Positions 11,421 through 23,711 of a stretch of 64,000 bases of DNA are shown piece by piece. This stretch comes from Azolla caroliniana (lineage: Eukaryota > Plantae > Polypodiophyta): positions 7,874,001 to 7,938,000 of the forward strand of contig JBHGNT010000018.1 in the NCBI GenBank assembly GCA_043228905.1, in the 5' to 3' direction. The position numbers and the translations under genes are program-made. The notes under the pieces are model-generated. The model was not told the DNA's origin, searched no databases, and was given only the letters and a program-made list of their open reading frames with translations. How positions within the stretch are numbered: the first letter of the stretch is position 1; the number at the start of each line of letters is the position of its first letter.

Positions 11421-12530
11421 TGTCGCGAAAATACGACGAGGATACGTGAACGTTGAGGCAGGACCCCAGGGCCTCCGACCGGAAGATATCAGATTCGTAT
11501 GATTATATTAAACAATTAATATAAAATGATAAAGTCTCACAAATTTCATTAATAAAGGGAAAGAAAGATTACAATCAATCTCAAGATTGAGATTACAAAA
11601 GTTTTATCTTAAGGAGATTGCTAGAATAATAGATTAGGCGAAACTAAGATATGGATTCCATAGAGATTTAGGGTTCTTGGCTTTCATAAGAGATTATGGT
11701 TATATGAGTATTATGGCTTCCGTAGGGAAGATTAACGTTTTTTAGTGTTATGGCTTCCGTAGGGAAGATTAGGGTTTATGAGAGATATGGCTTCCCTAAG
11801 ATAAGGGAGTTGAGAAGGAAAAGAAAATTAAGATAATATGGAGAGAGCATCCGAGTGTAGGAAACCAAATGGAATATATATGGAGTTCTCCCTTGATCAT
11901 AGCCTTTCCACTTTTTGTTGCATGGCCTCTACTTTTAGTTGCTTAGCTTTTTCTTTTAGTTGCATCTATTTTTAGTTGCATGGCTTTTTCGTTTAGTTGC
12001 ATGTGACCGTCCACATGACCTTTACTTTTTGCATGCACTCCAACTTTAGTTGCTTGCATCCACATGGCCTTTACTTTAGTTCTCTTCACTTTACTTTAGT
12101 TTGTTGCATGATCCAATCTTCCGTCCATCCGTGTCCAACCTCGTCCGGTAGCCGGTTCCGGTTCCAGTTTTGCTTACCAGCCGGTTTCCGGTTTGCATAC
12201 CGGCCGGTTTCCGGTTCCGATTCCGGTTTTGCTTACCGGCCGGTTTCCGGATTTGTTTACCAACCGGTTTCCGGTTTTAGGGAATTTGGCCACCATCATC
12301 CATTAAGACAAAGTGGCCAAAGTGCTCTTAGCACAAATGAAAAATGAGGGAGCTCAAGGTGCTTATATAGCCAGGGCCTTAACTTTCCTATCTATGTGGG
12401 ATAGTTCTAGTTCTAGTTCTAGCGTAGGAGTAAGAAATTATATAAGAGCATAATGCATGTAACGGTTCACGCAGGAAGCATGAACGGTGTCGTGTGAATC
12501 TTCACACACTATGTAAAGATTCACACGACA
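11421..12530. mobile_element. Solo LTR (1110 bp) inserted in the LTR of the second element
   Basis: TGTCG...CGACA termini; 4-bp TSD CCGT (11417-11420 and 12531-12534); CCGG-rich block and CTATGTGGGATA motif shared with the LTR at 8281-9267. Confidence 0.82.
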
Positions 12531-12597
12531 CCGTTCACGCTTCCTGCGTGAACCGTTACATGCATTATGCTCTTATATAATTTCTTACTCCTACGCT
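12421..12597. repeat. Near-perfect inverted repeat (~82-bp arms, short loop)
   Basis: 12421-12502 is the reverse complement of 12516-12597 with one mismatch. Confidence 0.95.
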
Positions 12598-12630
12598 TTT
12601 GTCCGTCGGTTACTATTCCGGCGGACAACA

Positions 12631-13832
12631 CTTCCACCTCATCCTCCATGTCAAGGAGGCCGATTCGCCTCGTCCTCCACGCCGATGAGGCCAATCAACC
12701 TCCGTGTACAGCATCCGGTTGTCTAATTGAGTGGTCCTCGACCCACTCGCATGATTTTCTTCGACCATGAGCATCGATTGCAATTTGATGAAGGACAATC
12801 GTCTCTCTCGAGTGCAAATTGTCGTCCGGATTGGTCTGTACCATTGTGCTAGACCACCGAGGCAGAACTGGACCATCTCGCCCTCGTCCACCATCACGTT
12901 GATGGACCCGAGCACGTCACAGATCTCCTTGATCTTGGTGGTGTAGTCGGTGACTGACATGTCCCCTTCTCGGATATTGTTAAGATCTTGTCGGAGCTAC
13001 AACTTCCAAGCAATAGTACTTGTGGCGAAAATCTTCCGGAGATTTACCCAGGCCTCTTTCAGCGTTTTTGCATCCCTAATGTAGTCGAGCATCTGGTCAT
13101 GCACACAGGACGCGAGATAGTACAATATTTTGCTCGCTCCTTGTTCCCATACCAGGAAGTCCTTGTGTGCCGAATCTGGCGCTGCTACATTCGCTTCTTC
13201 CACGTAGCTCCAATATCCATGCCCCAACAAGTACTGGTGCATTTTATACGCCCAGGACGCATAGTTGCTCTAGTCAAGCTTTTCTTTTGGAAGCAAGCTC
13301 GTCATTCCTCGATCCGTATTTTTCTTCTATCTTTTCTTTACCGGGTGTTAGGGTTTGTCTTCAAAAAATGCTTGTCGGCTGGAGAGGTTCTCAACCCTCA
13401 TGCTCTGATACCATGTGAAAGAATACATGCGGAAGCTAAGACAAAATCGGCTTGTTCGGATAGCAAAAGAAGATAGACACAGGTTTAATGGAAACCTTAC
13501 ACATGAGAGACAAAGAGAGCAGAACAATAAAACTCAATTCAAAATAATAACACTCTGAACATACAATGTGCTCAATGAGCACTTTTATACAAGTCCTTAA
13601 AAGGACTGACAGAAGTACTGACAAGTACTTCAATGCTCATAGGAGCGACTCACACTAACTCCCAAAAATGTGCCTACGTATTAGGCTAGATTCGTAGGCC
13701 TCTAACAGCCTACCGGTTACAATCTGATCCGGCTCCTGGTTCCGAACACTGATCCGGTTCTCCATTCTAGATACTGATCTGGCTCTGGCTTATTCAGACA
13801 ATTTGGATACAATTGAGCTTGTCCGCTCAACA
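12631..13832 (-). mobile_element. 5' part of a Ty1/copia element (LTR 13414-13832, iMet PBS, decayed gag)
   Basis: TGGTATCAGAGCA PBS at 13401-13413; gag MHQYLLGHGYWSYV and TDYTTKIKEICD; same family as 36592-41145. Confidence 0.88.
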
Positions 13833-14095
13833 CAATGTAAAGAACTTTGTATTTTATAAAAAGCATTGTAACCAAAGTTTTTTTTCTCTGTAAAGTAACT
13901 TTGATTCCATGTTTATATTGTTTTTTTAAATATGTCTACCAATGTTTATATTGTTACATTTGTGTTGTTGTTATCAACGTTATAACATTACTAAGCTTTA
14001 CTAAGCTACCTGTTTTAATGGATGTACTTGTTATAATCGTTTTAATCTAAGCTTCACTTTTGATCATCGAGTATGTTCTACGAATCGGACCCACC

Positions 14096-17000
14096 TAACA
14101 ATCGGCAACGGTTCGGTTCGAACCAAACCGAACCGTGAAACCGTGGCTTAATGGCTTAACGATTAAAACGGTGGTTTGGTGAGATACTTTTATAAATTTT
14201 TTCTCTCAACACATTTTTTGAAGGTCAGTTCTATCAATTTAGGGAAAAGTGATCATTCTTTCAATGAAATTTAACCTAGCTTTTCAAAAACCTAGTTTGT
14301 ACACATGTTTTCCTTTTATTTCTTTATCAAATAGTAACGAGTCTCAATTCTCTTCTCCTTTTTCTGCAGACTGCAGCGGTTCTTCTCCCTCTCCTTCTTC
14401 TTCTGCAGTGGTCAGGCTAGCTTGTGAGTGCAAAGACGAATCAGGTATTTTTCCTGAAAATAGTTACACAAGTATTTGTACTTCTCATCCCAATTCTTTG
14501 ACTCAAAGAAGTATTTATATTAGTGTAATCGTACATACTTATGTGACATAGATGAGCACATTGCTCAAATTTGTGGGTGGGTCCTATAATTGTAGCATTG
14601 GATTTTGTACTCTTTTCAATCAAGATCTATGTTCACTTATAAATATTCCATGTTAATGTGTATTTTCTTTTTGGGCATGTGTTTTCCCAATGATAATTGC
14701 ACACAGAAGGATTATCTCAATAGCTTTGTGAAAAGGTACCAGCATTGAAATGAGTTCATCGTCCAAGGCTTCCCTATCTAAACCCCTTCAGGAAAATAAA
14801 GATCATCCAAGATTTCCGTACCTTCAACATACCTTTTGGAGATTAGTAGCATATGATGTTTTCCTACCTACACAAACCTTATGAACCTACGAGGACCTTT
14901 CCCTATCATTTCATGCCCCTCACCCATGGTTAATTAATCTCATTCCTTCGGTATAGACATCATCTATTATTTGATGAGTATGCCAAAGTTTTTACCTAGT
15001 TAAATAAGCTCTCAGAAAATCGAAACCTAGCAATGAGACCTTTCATGTTTTGATGTTTGTCCAAAAACTGTACACACAACACAAGCATGAGCAAAAAGGC
15101 TACATTAATCGCAGCGCACAAGCAAGGACAAAAGCCACCTGATCCAACCATCTATAGAGCATATCTTTATTTCCTACTTTACATACAGATACATATGGAT
15201 AATTTATGTATACTATCATCTGGAACATAGGTCAAACCAAGCATTATGAATTTGCACCATGATACTGGAAAACAATAAGCAATGACCACTATGTATTTTT
15301 GTCAATGCCTCAATAAAAAAATGTTGTGCATGTATACACTGTTTAACTTTTAGAGCTTCATAACACTATAATGTTTGATGCCCTAATGAATGATATCCTC
15401 CCAATGATAAGGTTTTTCAAGAGATTCACTAGTGAAGTCATAACCATGATACATAAATAGTGTTTGATAAGAGATCAAGCTTTGGCAAAAAAAGAACCAA
15501 TCTTGTGGAAGAAATGTACATTGGATGATGAATATTGCTTTCAGTTTCAAAAGTAAACTGAGACTAAAGGGGTTTACATCTCAGAGCGAGATCGTAGCAT
15601 CATCAGTTATAATGATGGTTATGGTTATCACAAAATCTGAATCCCATTCGTGTTTTGTGTTGACTGTTAATAACATACTGCCTACATGCTTAAGAGAACT
15701 AAAATTGTTTGACTATAGCAAATATAAAGCTTTTAGTTCCCCCTCAATGTTAGATACAGTAACAACTCTATTGATGAAACATGTGAAAGAAATCTTACAA
15801 AACGTGAAGATCTTTGGGAAATCCTACGTGTCAATAAGCCTTCTCAAGAATCAATGACAACTTCACAATTAGAAATGGAACAATTTATGAGATTTCCTCA
15901 AGCACAACAGATATTGATCCACTTCAATGGTGGTTCAACAACAGGTTTGCTTCACATTTCTCAATAATAAATTTAACATTTTTCATCAATTTTGTGCAAA
16001 ACCAGTTTCAAAATGTTTGTTTACATCTAAACCAGGTTTGCTTTACCTCGAATGTACAAGATGGAGTGTGACTATTTAGCAATACCAACATCATCAGTGC
16101 CTTCAAAGGAGGCTAATTCTAAAGCAAAATATAACTTTCAAGATACAATTTGTCTACACTCATGCAATTTCAAGGCTGAAATGTGCATTAGGTCATGGTT
16201 GGATGTCCTTAATGAGGCAAATGTTTCATTACTTGAAGACTTTAGTGAAGCGTATAATAAGTTGGATATAGATGTGGAAGATATTGCTATGGAGGATGAT
16301 GTAGTGGCCTATATGTTGAGTCAAATTAGAACATGTGCTTAATTGCCCATATATTTCTTTTTAATTTCGAACATTATACTTTCATACTATTGTCATTCAT
16401 ATTTATAAAATATCATGGGATTTTTTGGTATTTTTTAAAGTCTACATTTTTTATGAATTTTAATGTTTTTAAAGCTTCGTATTTAGTTATTTATTTAATT
16501 ATTTGACAATTTAACTTAATTGAGGTTTTAGATAGGTGAATTTTAAAAGTTGATTCAGGCTTTCAATGTGTGGCTTAACTCAAATGTACAATCTCAGGTT
16601 GATCGTGGAATCGCCAACTTTCCTAAATGTGAATCACATCAAGTTGTACAAGTTGTACAACTTGCAATTATCTAGAAGGTAGAGTTCATACTACATTGAG
16701 CTCCTATAATGGAGATTATGAAAAAGCAAAATTCGTAAATACATTTGTGTAAGTTATATAGTTTTGGCTCCTATTATAGTAAGATTTCCTCCATGAGATA
16801 CGTCTTTGCTAACATTTTGTAATTTTTGTGAAAAAATTGGTGAAGTTTATTTTAGGTCTCCAAACTCCAATTAAGTTTTGTACCATTCTTTATTATGGAA
16901 CCTTTTATTTATTGTTATATGCCATAATGATTCATAATGCATTGAGAAAAAACATTAATAATTTGTTTAATACCAAAACCAAAACCAAACTGCGAAACCG

Positions 17001-17212
17001 CAGTTCAACAGTTTAACGGTTCTAGTATTACTTCTAGAACCATTTGGTTCAGGTTTGAATTTTGTGTACACGGTTCGGTTTCAATGGTTTTGGTTTAGAC
17101 GGTTTTGTGTTCGGTTAAGTTCGGTTTAGGTTACAACTTTTTCTTAAGAGTTCAGTTTGAACCGGTTTGGGTTTGAGACTTTCGAACCGAACTGAACCGT
17201 TGTCGATTGTTA
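14096..17212 (+). mobile_element. hAT DNA transposon, decayed
   Basis: TIRs TAACAATCGGCAACGGTTCGG / CTGAACCGTTGTCGATTGTTA; 8-bp TSD GACCCACC (14088-14095 and 17213-17220); AACCG subterminal repeats. Confidence 0.92.
15870..16342 (+). pseudogene. hAT transposase C-terminal dimerisation-domain relic
   Basis: IDPLQWW then, after a probable short intron, DYLAIPTSSVPSKEANS...AEMCIRSWL. Confidence 0.8.
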
Positions 17213-18258
17213 GACCCACCTTACTTTTGGGCGTGTGACCATAATGCGTGTCCAAGTGTATCCATTATATGATACATGTATATGGGAGTCCTCTCTCATA
17301 GGTGTGTATTGGGGAAACTCTCTCATGGGTGTGTATATCGGGCAACATTCACTAAGTATTAGAATGCATAACACATAATCACTAACTATAGCTATCACTT
17401 CCATTTCTTCTCGCTACACCTCCACAAGATGGTTAAACCTGGAGATCAATTGTTGTATTGACCATGTTCATAGTCTGTAACTACATTTTATGTCTGAAGA
17501 TCATGATTTTCACAACATTTCAACCAACTTTGCAAATTGCATCATACAGTCTGAAAGTTTAACGATTGTCAATTGAATAAAGAATTGTCATATGATATAA
17601 TTTTAAATAAGTTTCGTATTTGGAGATCATCAACTTTAACAATGTTCAAAAAATACATGTATTTTACTTTGAAACTTGTTAAATATTAATAATTGAGCAA
17701 ATTCTATATGGGTTGAGGAACGTGTGACGTTGGTGTAACAAGTTTCGATACATTGCATAAATTTGCACAATTGTGAAAGGAATCTAAAAAGTGGAATGCG
17801 TGATCCTTCCACTTCTGAACATGAATGTGTTTATCTAAGTTAATTGGTGATAGTAGACAAAGCATGTACAATACAATGAACCGCTTAAGTTGAGGTGAAA
17901 GAAGTAGTCTACTAAAGCTAACCACAAGATGTAAGCCAATGACGCCCATAACATCATAAATCAATGATATAATCACCATATTTTGGACTAACGAGAGTAG
18001 GGTTTCATTCAATAAGAAGGATTTGTGTAGAAAACGTTTCGAAAGGAGTCAATATGAGGAGCATTCCATTCATCTTCTTGATGTACCCCAAGAATTTACA
18101 TTTATCTACATCTTGTATCAATGGCAAGAAACTAAGATCACCTAGTATTAGTAGTTCTTGTTGTTACTTATTAGCCACAAATATTTAATTATCTATTAAT
18201 TATTAAGCTTATAGCCACAAGTAGTTAGCATCTAATACCTAATAAGCATTAGACTAGA

Positions 18259-18740
18259 TCAGGAGTGGCCATAGCTAACTAGCTACATCAAGGAGTGGGC
18301 ATTGTTGATTAGCTATATCATCTAGTGGCCATAGCTAATTAGCTACATCAGAGCATGGTTATAGCTAATTAGCTACATCAAGTAGTGGCTATAACTTACT
18401 AGCTACATCATGTAATAGCTATAGTTAACTAGCTACATCAAGTAGTGGCCATAGATAACAATCTAGATTAGGTAGTGACCATAGCTAACTAGCTACATTA
18501 GAGACTTCATATAGCTAATTAGTTGCATCAAGTAGTGGCCATAGCTAACTAGCTACATCAAGGAATGGCCATAGATAATTAACTACCTATATTAGGTAGT
18601 TGTCATAGCTAATTAGCTACATTAGAGACTTCATATAGCTAATTAGCTACATTAGGTAGTAGCCATAGCTAACTAGCTACATCAATTATTGCAAACTAGT
18701 TAACTATATGAACTACTGGCCATAACTAATTTGCTACAAA
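18259..18740. repeat. ~30-bp minisatellite
   Basis: About 15 diverged copies of AGTAGTGGCCATAGCTAACTAGCTACATCA. Confidence 0.9.
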
Positions 18741-19050
18741 TACCTAATAAGATACGCTTCTTTTTATGCAGGTTGATTGATTTATTATGTTTAAGCAAAT
18801 GCATCCAACGATCAAAGTTCAAATACGAACATTTGACAAGTCTCTTAAACCATTTTTTGTGAAACGCTTGAATGATTGATTCACATGTTGTTGCATTTAT
18901 CACATACAAATGGGTTTTCTCAAGGATTTTGTTCATCTACTCCGTCACCATAGCTCCTCACTATAGGATGTGGTATGCACTTGTAACTGCCCAATTTGTC
19001 AATCTAACCATACATAACAATTTACGTCATCAAAGGATGTTTACAGATCA

Positions 19051-19470
19051 ATGAGTGGTCTTTTAGATTCAGTATTGTATCCGAGAGGATTTGAGGCTCT
19101 CTTCCACAATTACAAATGTACCATGGGTATATGTTCAGACTGTGGACCTACTAGATGTAGGTGGTGTCCAAAAGAGTTTCGTGAAATTTTAATCCCTATT
19201 AAGCTGTTTGAAAATGTGCACACAACTTACGAAAGGAAAGTGGATAAAAGAAATGATTAGTTAGAAAGTTGCTTAAACCAAGGGATTTTGACTAGTATAT
19301 CCAATTTTCCTAATGATGTAGTTATCTCAATAGTAGATTTTGCATAGAATTATAATTTCAAGCAGTAGAATAAAACTCAATCCATGCATTGGTGGTCACT
19401 GCAACTAACCATTTTTGTTTATATATAGCTTATTATTGAGTTTTAGGTGATGTAAAGAAAGTAATTTTGC
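19051..19470 (+). pseudogene. DNA transposase relic (Sola-like, tentative)
   Basis: Cys motif CTMGICSDCG followed by VISIVDFA*NYNFKQ*NKTQSMHWWSLQLTIFV, resembling the DFAENY...QS.HW...Q.T transposase motif. Confidence 0.5.
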
Positions 19471-19473
19471 TAC

Positions 19474-22343
19474 ATGTCAGGCTTTGTATCAATTGATGGT
19501 GGCATCAATATTGTACTTAACTTTGTACACCCATCAGCAACCAATTTCCTTCTTCCTCAATGGGACAATGTGTCATGCGTCGTTGGTGACCAATGTTTGC
19601 ATCTCCTCCTCTATGGCTTCGATCCATCGGGGATCTTCCATTGTTTCAACAAAGGTTTTTGGACAATTGTTGCTTTCATCATCAACGCATGTAATGATTT
19701 GCCATGTACTCGTTGTTATCGAACCTCCTAATCATATTCTTCTATCTAGTTGATCAGTGAAGCTTCACGTTTGCCGATTCTAGGGCATTCTTATCTCCTA
19801 GTGTGTGCATGATGGGTACACCAAACTCACTTTCGATAGATCAGATGAGTTTTTTGAAATGCTATTGTTAAAGCACATGTTCCCAACTTCATATTTTTCT
19901 TTGACTTGCCTTTATCTTGTCGAGCTTGGGTTCATGGCAATACCACGTGCAAGACTTCAATGTTGGGGCATACCATGATGTCGTCTCGTCAAAAATTATA
20001 TCTCGGCTAACCCGATCTAGTCGAATCGTGGGTTTGAAGCACTTGTATCCCTTTTGTTCGAGAAAGTATCCAATGAGGATACACTTTTCTCATTATGGGT
20101 CAAGCCTTCACCCCTTCTCGTTCGGTACATGATGTATGCGATGTTGCCGAAGACATTCATGTGCGAAAGGTTCGGCTTTCTCCCGAAGGGTGGGGTTATG
20201 TCCTGAACGAAATCCCTCCATCATAGATAGATTCATTAAGTAGAAGTTGAGCATGTTCTTTTCGTGCAACATGGCCCATACTACCTCGATTTTGTTGAGG
20301 TGTGTGCCGACAAGTGAATTGTTAGCATATCCCTTTGTTTTGTTGGTATGTCATAAACTAACTCGTCTTAGAACTATTCTTATCGTAAGCATTGAATCTT
20401 CCAATTCATTTCTTTCCGAAGTTTGTGAAGGTTGATGTGGCCAATTCTTCAACGCCACCATGTCGATGTCGTACTTGGTCTTGAGTCCTTCTGCGTACAT
20501 GGCCGATTTCAGCTTATTCATGTCCATGAACGATGAAGATTCGAACTTCTCTACATCCTCGACCGATGAGTCCAACCATATGCTCGATGCAGCAACCTCC
20601 TCATTTGAACCGAACTTCATTTCCTTGCTTGATAATTCTTTCAACAACTTCAGTTTTTTTGTGATCTCGGAACATTCAAGAAGTTCTTCATGTATCGCTT
20701 TTTACCATAATGGTTGAAGGGCACATCTACGATGTGTTGCATCAGGTGTGTCAAGTCCTCTCCTGTCTCGACATAGCCGGGTAGTTCAAGCTCAGGTCAT
20801 GTGGTTGGAGGCTCCCAAGTTGACAAACCACACATCTTTTGACTTTGTGGTGCTAGCCAACATCGTCTTCACCATGTGATTCATGAAGAGTATTGAACCA
20901 TCGTCTCCATAGTCAACATTCTTAGTGTAGTTCGTGTGTTGTTGGCTCATGCTTGCTGAATCACTCTTCCTCTTTCGGCCATCTTCTTCGTAATGATCGG
21001 GCTTGCCTCCATACCAATAATTTATTAGATTATTTTGCCCACTCAAGCCATTACTAAAGGTTTCTTAATGGGGTCCACTCTCATGTCAGATTTGAGAATT
21101 CTCTACTTATTGTGAACCTCGTATGCTACTTTGTCAAACAGGTCTTCCTCTTTTTCCACATTCATGTGTAGTGCGTCTGGACGTCATTCATTGCATTCTT
21201 CACAACTTTCATGTGGTTTTCTTCAAGCAATAGCATTGATTGTCAATTGAAGAAGGACAAGGGATTCATGTAGATGCTCATCCGAAACTCTACCTGAATC
21301 GTTGTGCAGCAAGTCACTAATGCATACTTGCACCATCTTATCTTCATCGATATGTTTATGAATCCAAGGGAATCATAAGCTCCTTGAACTTCACATTTTG
21401 CTAGTCACAAACATATGTCTTTGCTGAATGTTGTTGAGCTCTTGTTAAAATTGGAGCTTCCAAACAATGGTACTACTATGATGATCGTCCTCAAGTTGTC
21501 CCACGCTTCATTAGGCATCTTCACGTCTCAGAAGTAGATGAGCATGTGTGGCTAAATAATATAAGATCTGACATGCCATTTGCTCCCATGTAGGGTAGTC
21601 TATGTGTGCCAGGTTAGACTTTGTCGTGTGCTCCGTCGATGTAACCCCCAATAACCCTAACCTTGTCTGACAAGGTTCTAGTTCATCTTGTACTTGTAAG
21701 ATGCAAAGTTATTGTGATCAAGCTTCTCCATGGGAAGTGAACTACTCGTTTGTGTATTCATTGTTGGTGTAGACTTTTGGCTTCTCAACTTCTTTCTTCT
21801 ATCATGTACACATGCTATGTAGCATCACTATGATGGCGATGGTTAGTTTGACATGGACATCTCAAGCAAATGAACACTATAGATAGATGAGCTATTTTGA
21901 AAGCTCACGCTCTGCTACCATGTAAATAAATAGGGTTTCCTAATTATTTATGCAGAAACAATGTGTTATGCGGATGTAAGAGAGAAGTTGAGAAGAGAGT
22001 TAGAGATTAGTCATTACGAACATTCACAAGAGAGGAGATGAAAATATTAAGCACAAAGAGGAAAAAAGTCAACATTCCAATAAGCCTTTGTCTATAGTAT
22101 ATACATGTTTGAATACACCAACCACATTGAATGTGTTTGGGTAAGTCTATAATTAGACTTACACTCAAGTACGATTTATCATAAGAATATCTGAGTATTC
22201 CTTGACTGCACTAATTCCGAGTGGCTAATTGGATATTGAATATAGTTGCTCATGTAACTACATAATTTACACTGTTTCCAATCAAGTGTGACTTCCATTT
22301 ATACACACACATGCATGTTGAGCTTCTCTCAAAAAACATCAAC
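19474..22343 (-). mobile_element. Heavily decayed Ty1/copia element
   Basis: RT relic IGC*WVYKVKYN, INT relic CILIGY...KGYKC...SRDIIFDE, protease WFVNLGASNHMT, gag relic, degenerate iMet PBS TGGTAGCAGAGC at 21909-21920, LTR from 21921 (far end approximate). Confidence 0.8.
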
Positions 22344-23711
22344 TTGGGTAAAGAGGAGATAACCACCTTATGAATTGTGATCAATCTTAGCCCAATGAAT
22401 TACTTAAATTAAGTATCAATAAAATTCCTTACCAACTCACAGCAAATGTTTATGGTTCTTCTGACTTGCCTATCCTACAATTTCACAAAAAAAACTTACA
22501 TCTAATTTCATTTTCAATGAATGCATGTCTGAGAATATAAATAAATATGACTTTTCTTACCTAGCACTTGCCCCACATAATAAGGGTCCAATACCCAAAA
22601 CACCTTTACAACTAAGAATAACAGTATGATTCACTTTATCATCTATCAACAGAACAATATCAGAGAATGATTCAACAAAAGACTTAAATTATTCTGTACT
22701 TCTGAAATTCCATGATGAAATACACATCACAATCAAATTGGAAGAGTAAAACTTTCCCAAACATCAAAACATTAACTAAATTAGTGCCAATACTCTTCAT
22801 ACAATCTAAATAAAACATTCAACTATGAAGGGTGCCCTAATTCTTTTCCCCACAATCTTAATGAGAATTGTACATCCGTGGACAGCTGTGAGTCAATCGT
22901 AATAGGTTGCCATTGTGAACTGCTAGACCATTCCCTTCTCAAAACTGTTCACCTTCAAATAATAACACGTTACTTATCAAAGAAATATAAACGCACAATT
23001 CCTTTATTTCTCAACCAACAATACCTCTTTTCCTCTTTACACCATATCAAATAGCATCTGTAGCTTTAAGCTTTTATAATTCAAAACCATCGATTCAAAA
23101 AGTACTGACACATTCATTTCCGAAAATGTCTCATAAAGATTTTTAATTTGGTATCTCATATATTAACACACCCAGCTATAGTAGCATCTCACTGCCACTA
23201 CTTAATATTTCAAATTCAGCACATATTTCTGAACAGTGACATTGTAATGCTTTCAGTGTTTCAACTATCAGCATATTACGCAATCCCAAAAAATGAGAGC
23301 ATTTAACGATCTCAATTTACAATTTCAGCACAACACATTCAACCTAATTTATAGGTTTTATGATAGGCAAATTTCTCAATGAAAAGTACAGGTTTTTAAG
23401 CTGGAATGTATCAAAATTTTCCAGAACAAACAAAGAGGTATAGCTAGTAGAAAATACAAAAGGAAAAATCTCACAACAGGCAGGAATAACAATTAGCAAT
23501 ACACATCCATATAAGTTGTAAAACATCCTACGGGTCTCACAATGCTTCAATTTTGTGAGGGGCTGTGCTCTCTCTCTCTCTCTCTCATTCTCTGTTTCTG
23601 AATCCTTTAGAATTTACCCATATTTATCCCAACTGCATGGTAGCTCTGGCATTGGCAGGTCTCTTCCTCTGATGATAGACTTCATCAACATTTTTGCTTT
23701 TCTAAATGCAG

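Larger units (their letters stand above)
9268..12630 (-). mobile_element. 5' part of a second gypsy-type LTR retrotransposon (tRNA-Arg-like PBS, Tat-like), host of the first element
   Basis: gag ORF; PBS-like TGGCACGCTTGGTG at ~11059-11072; LTR 11077-12630 (TGTTG...CAACA) split by a solo LTR. Confidence 0.75.
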
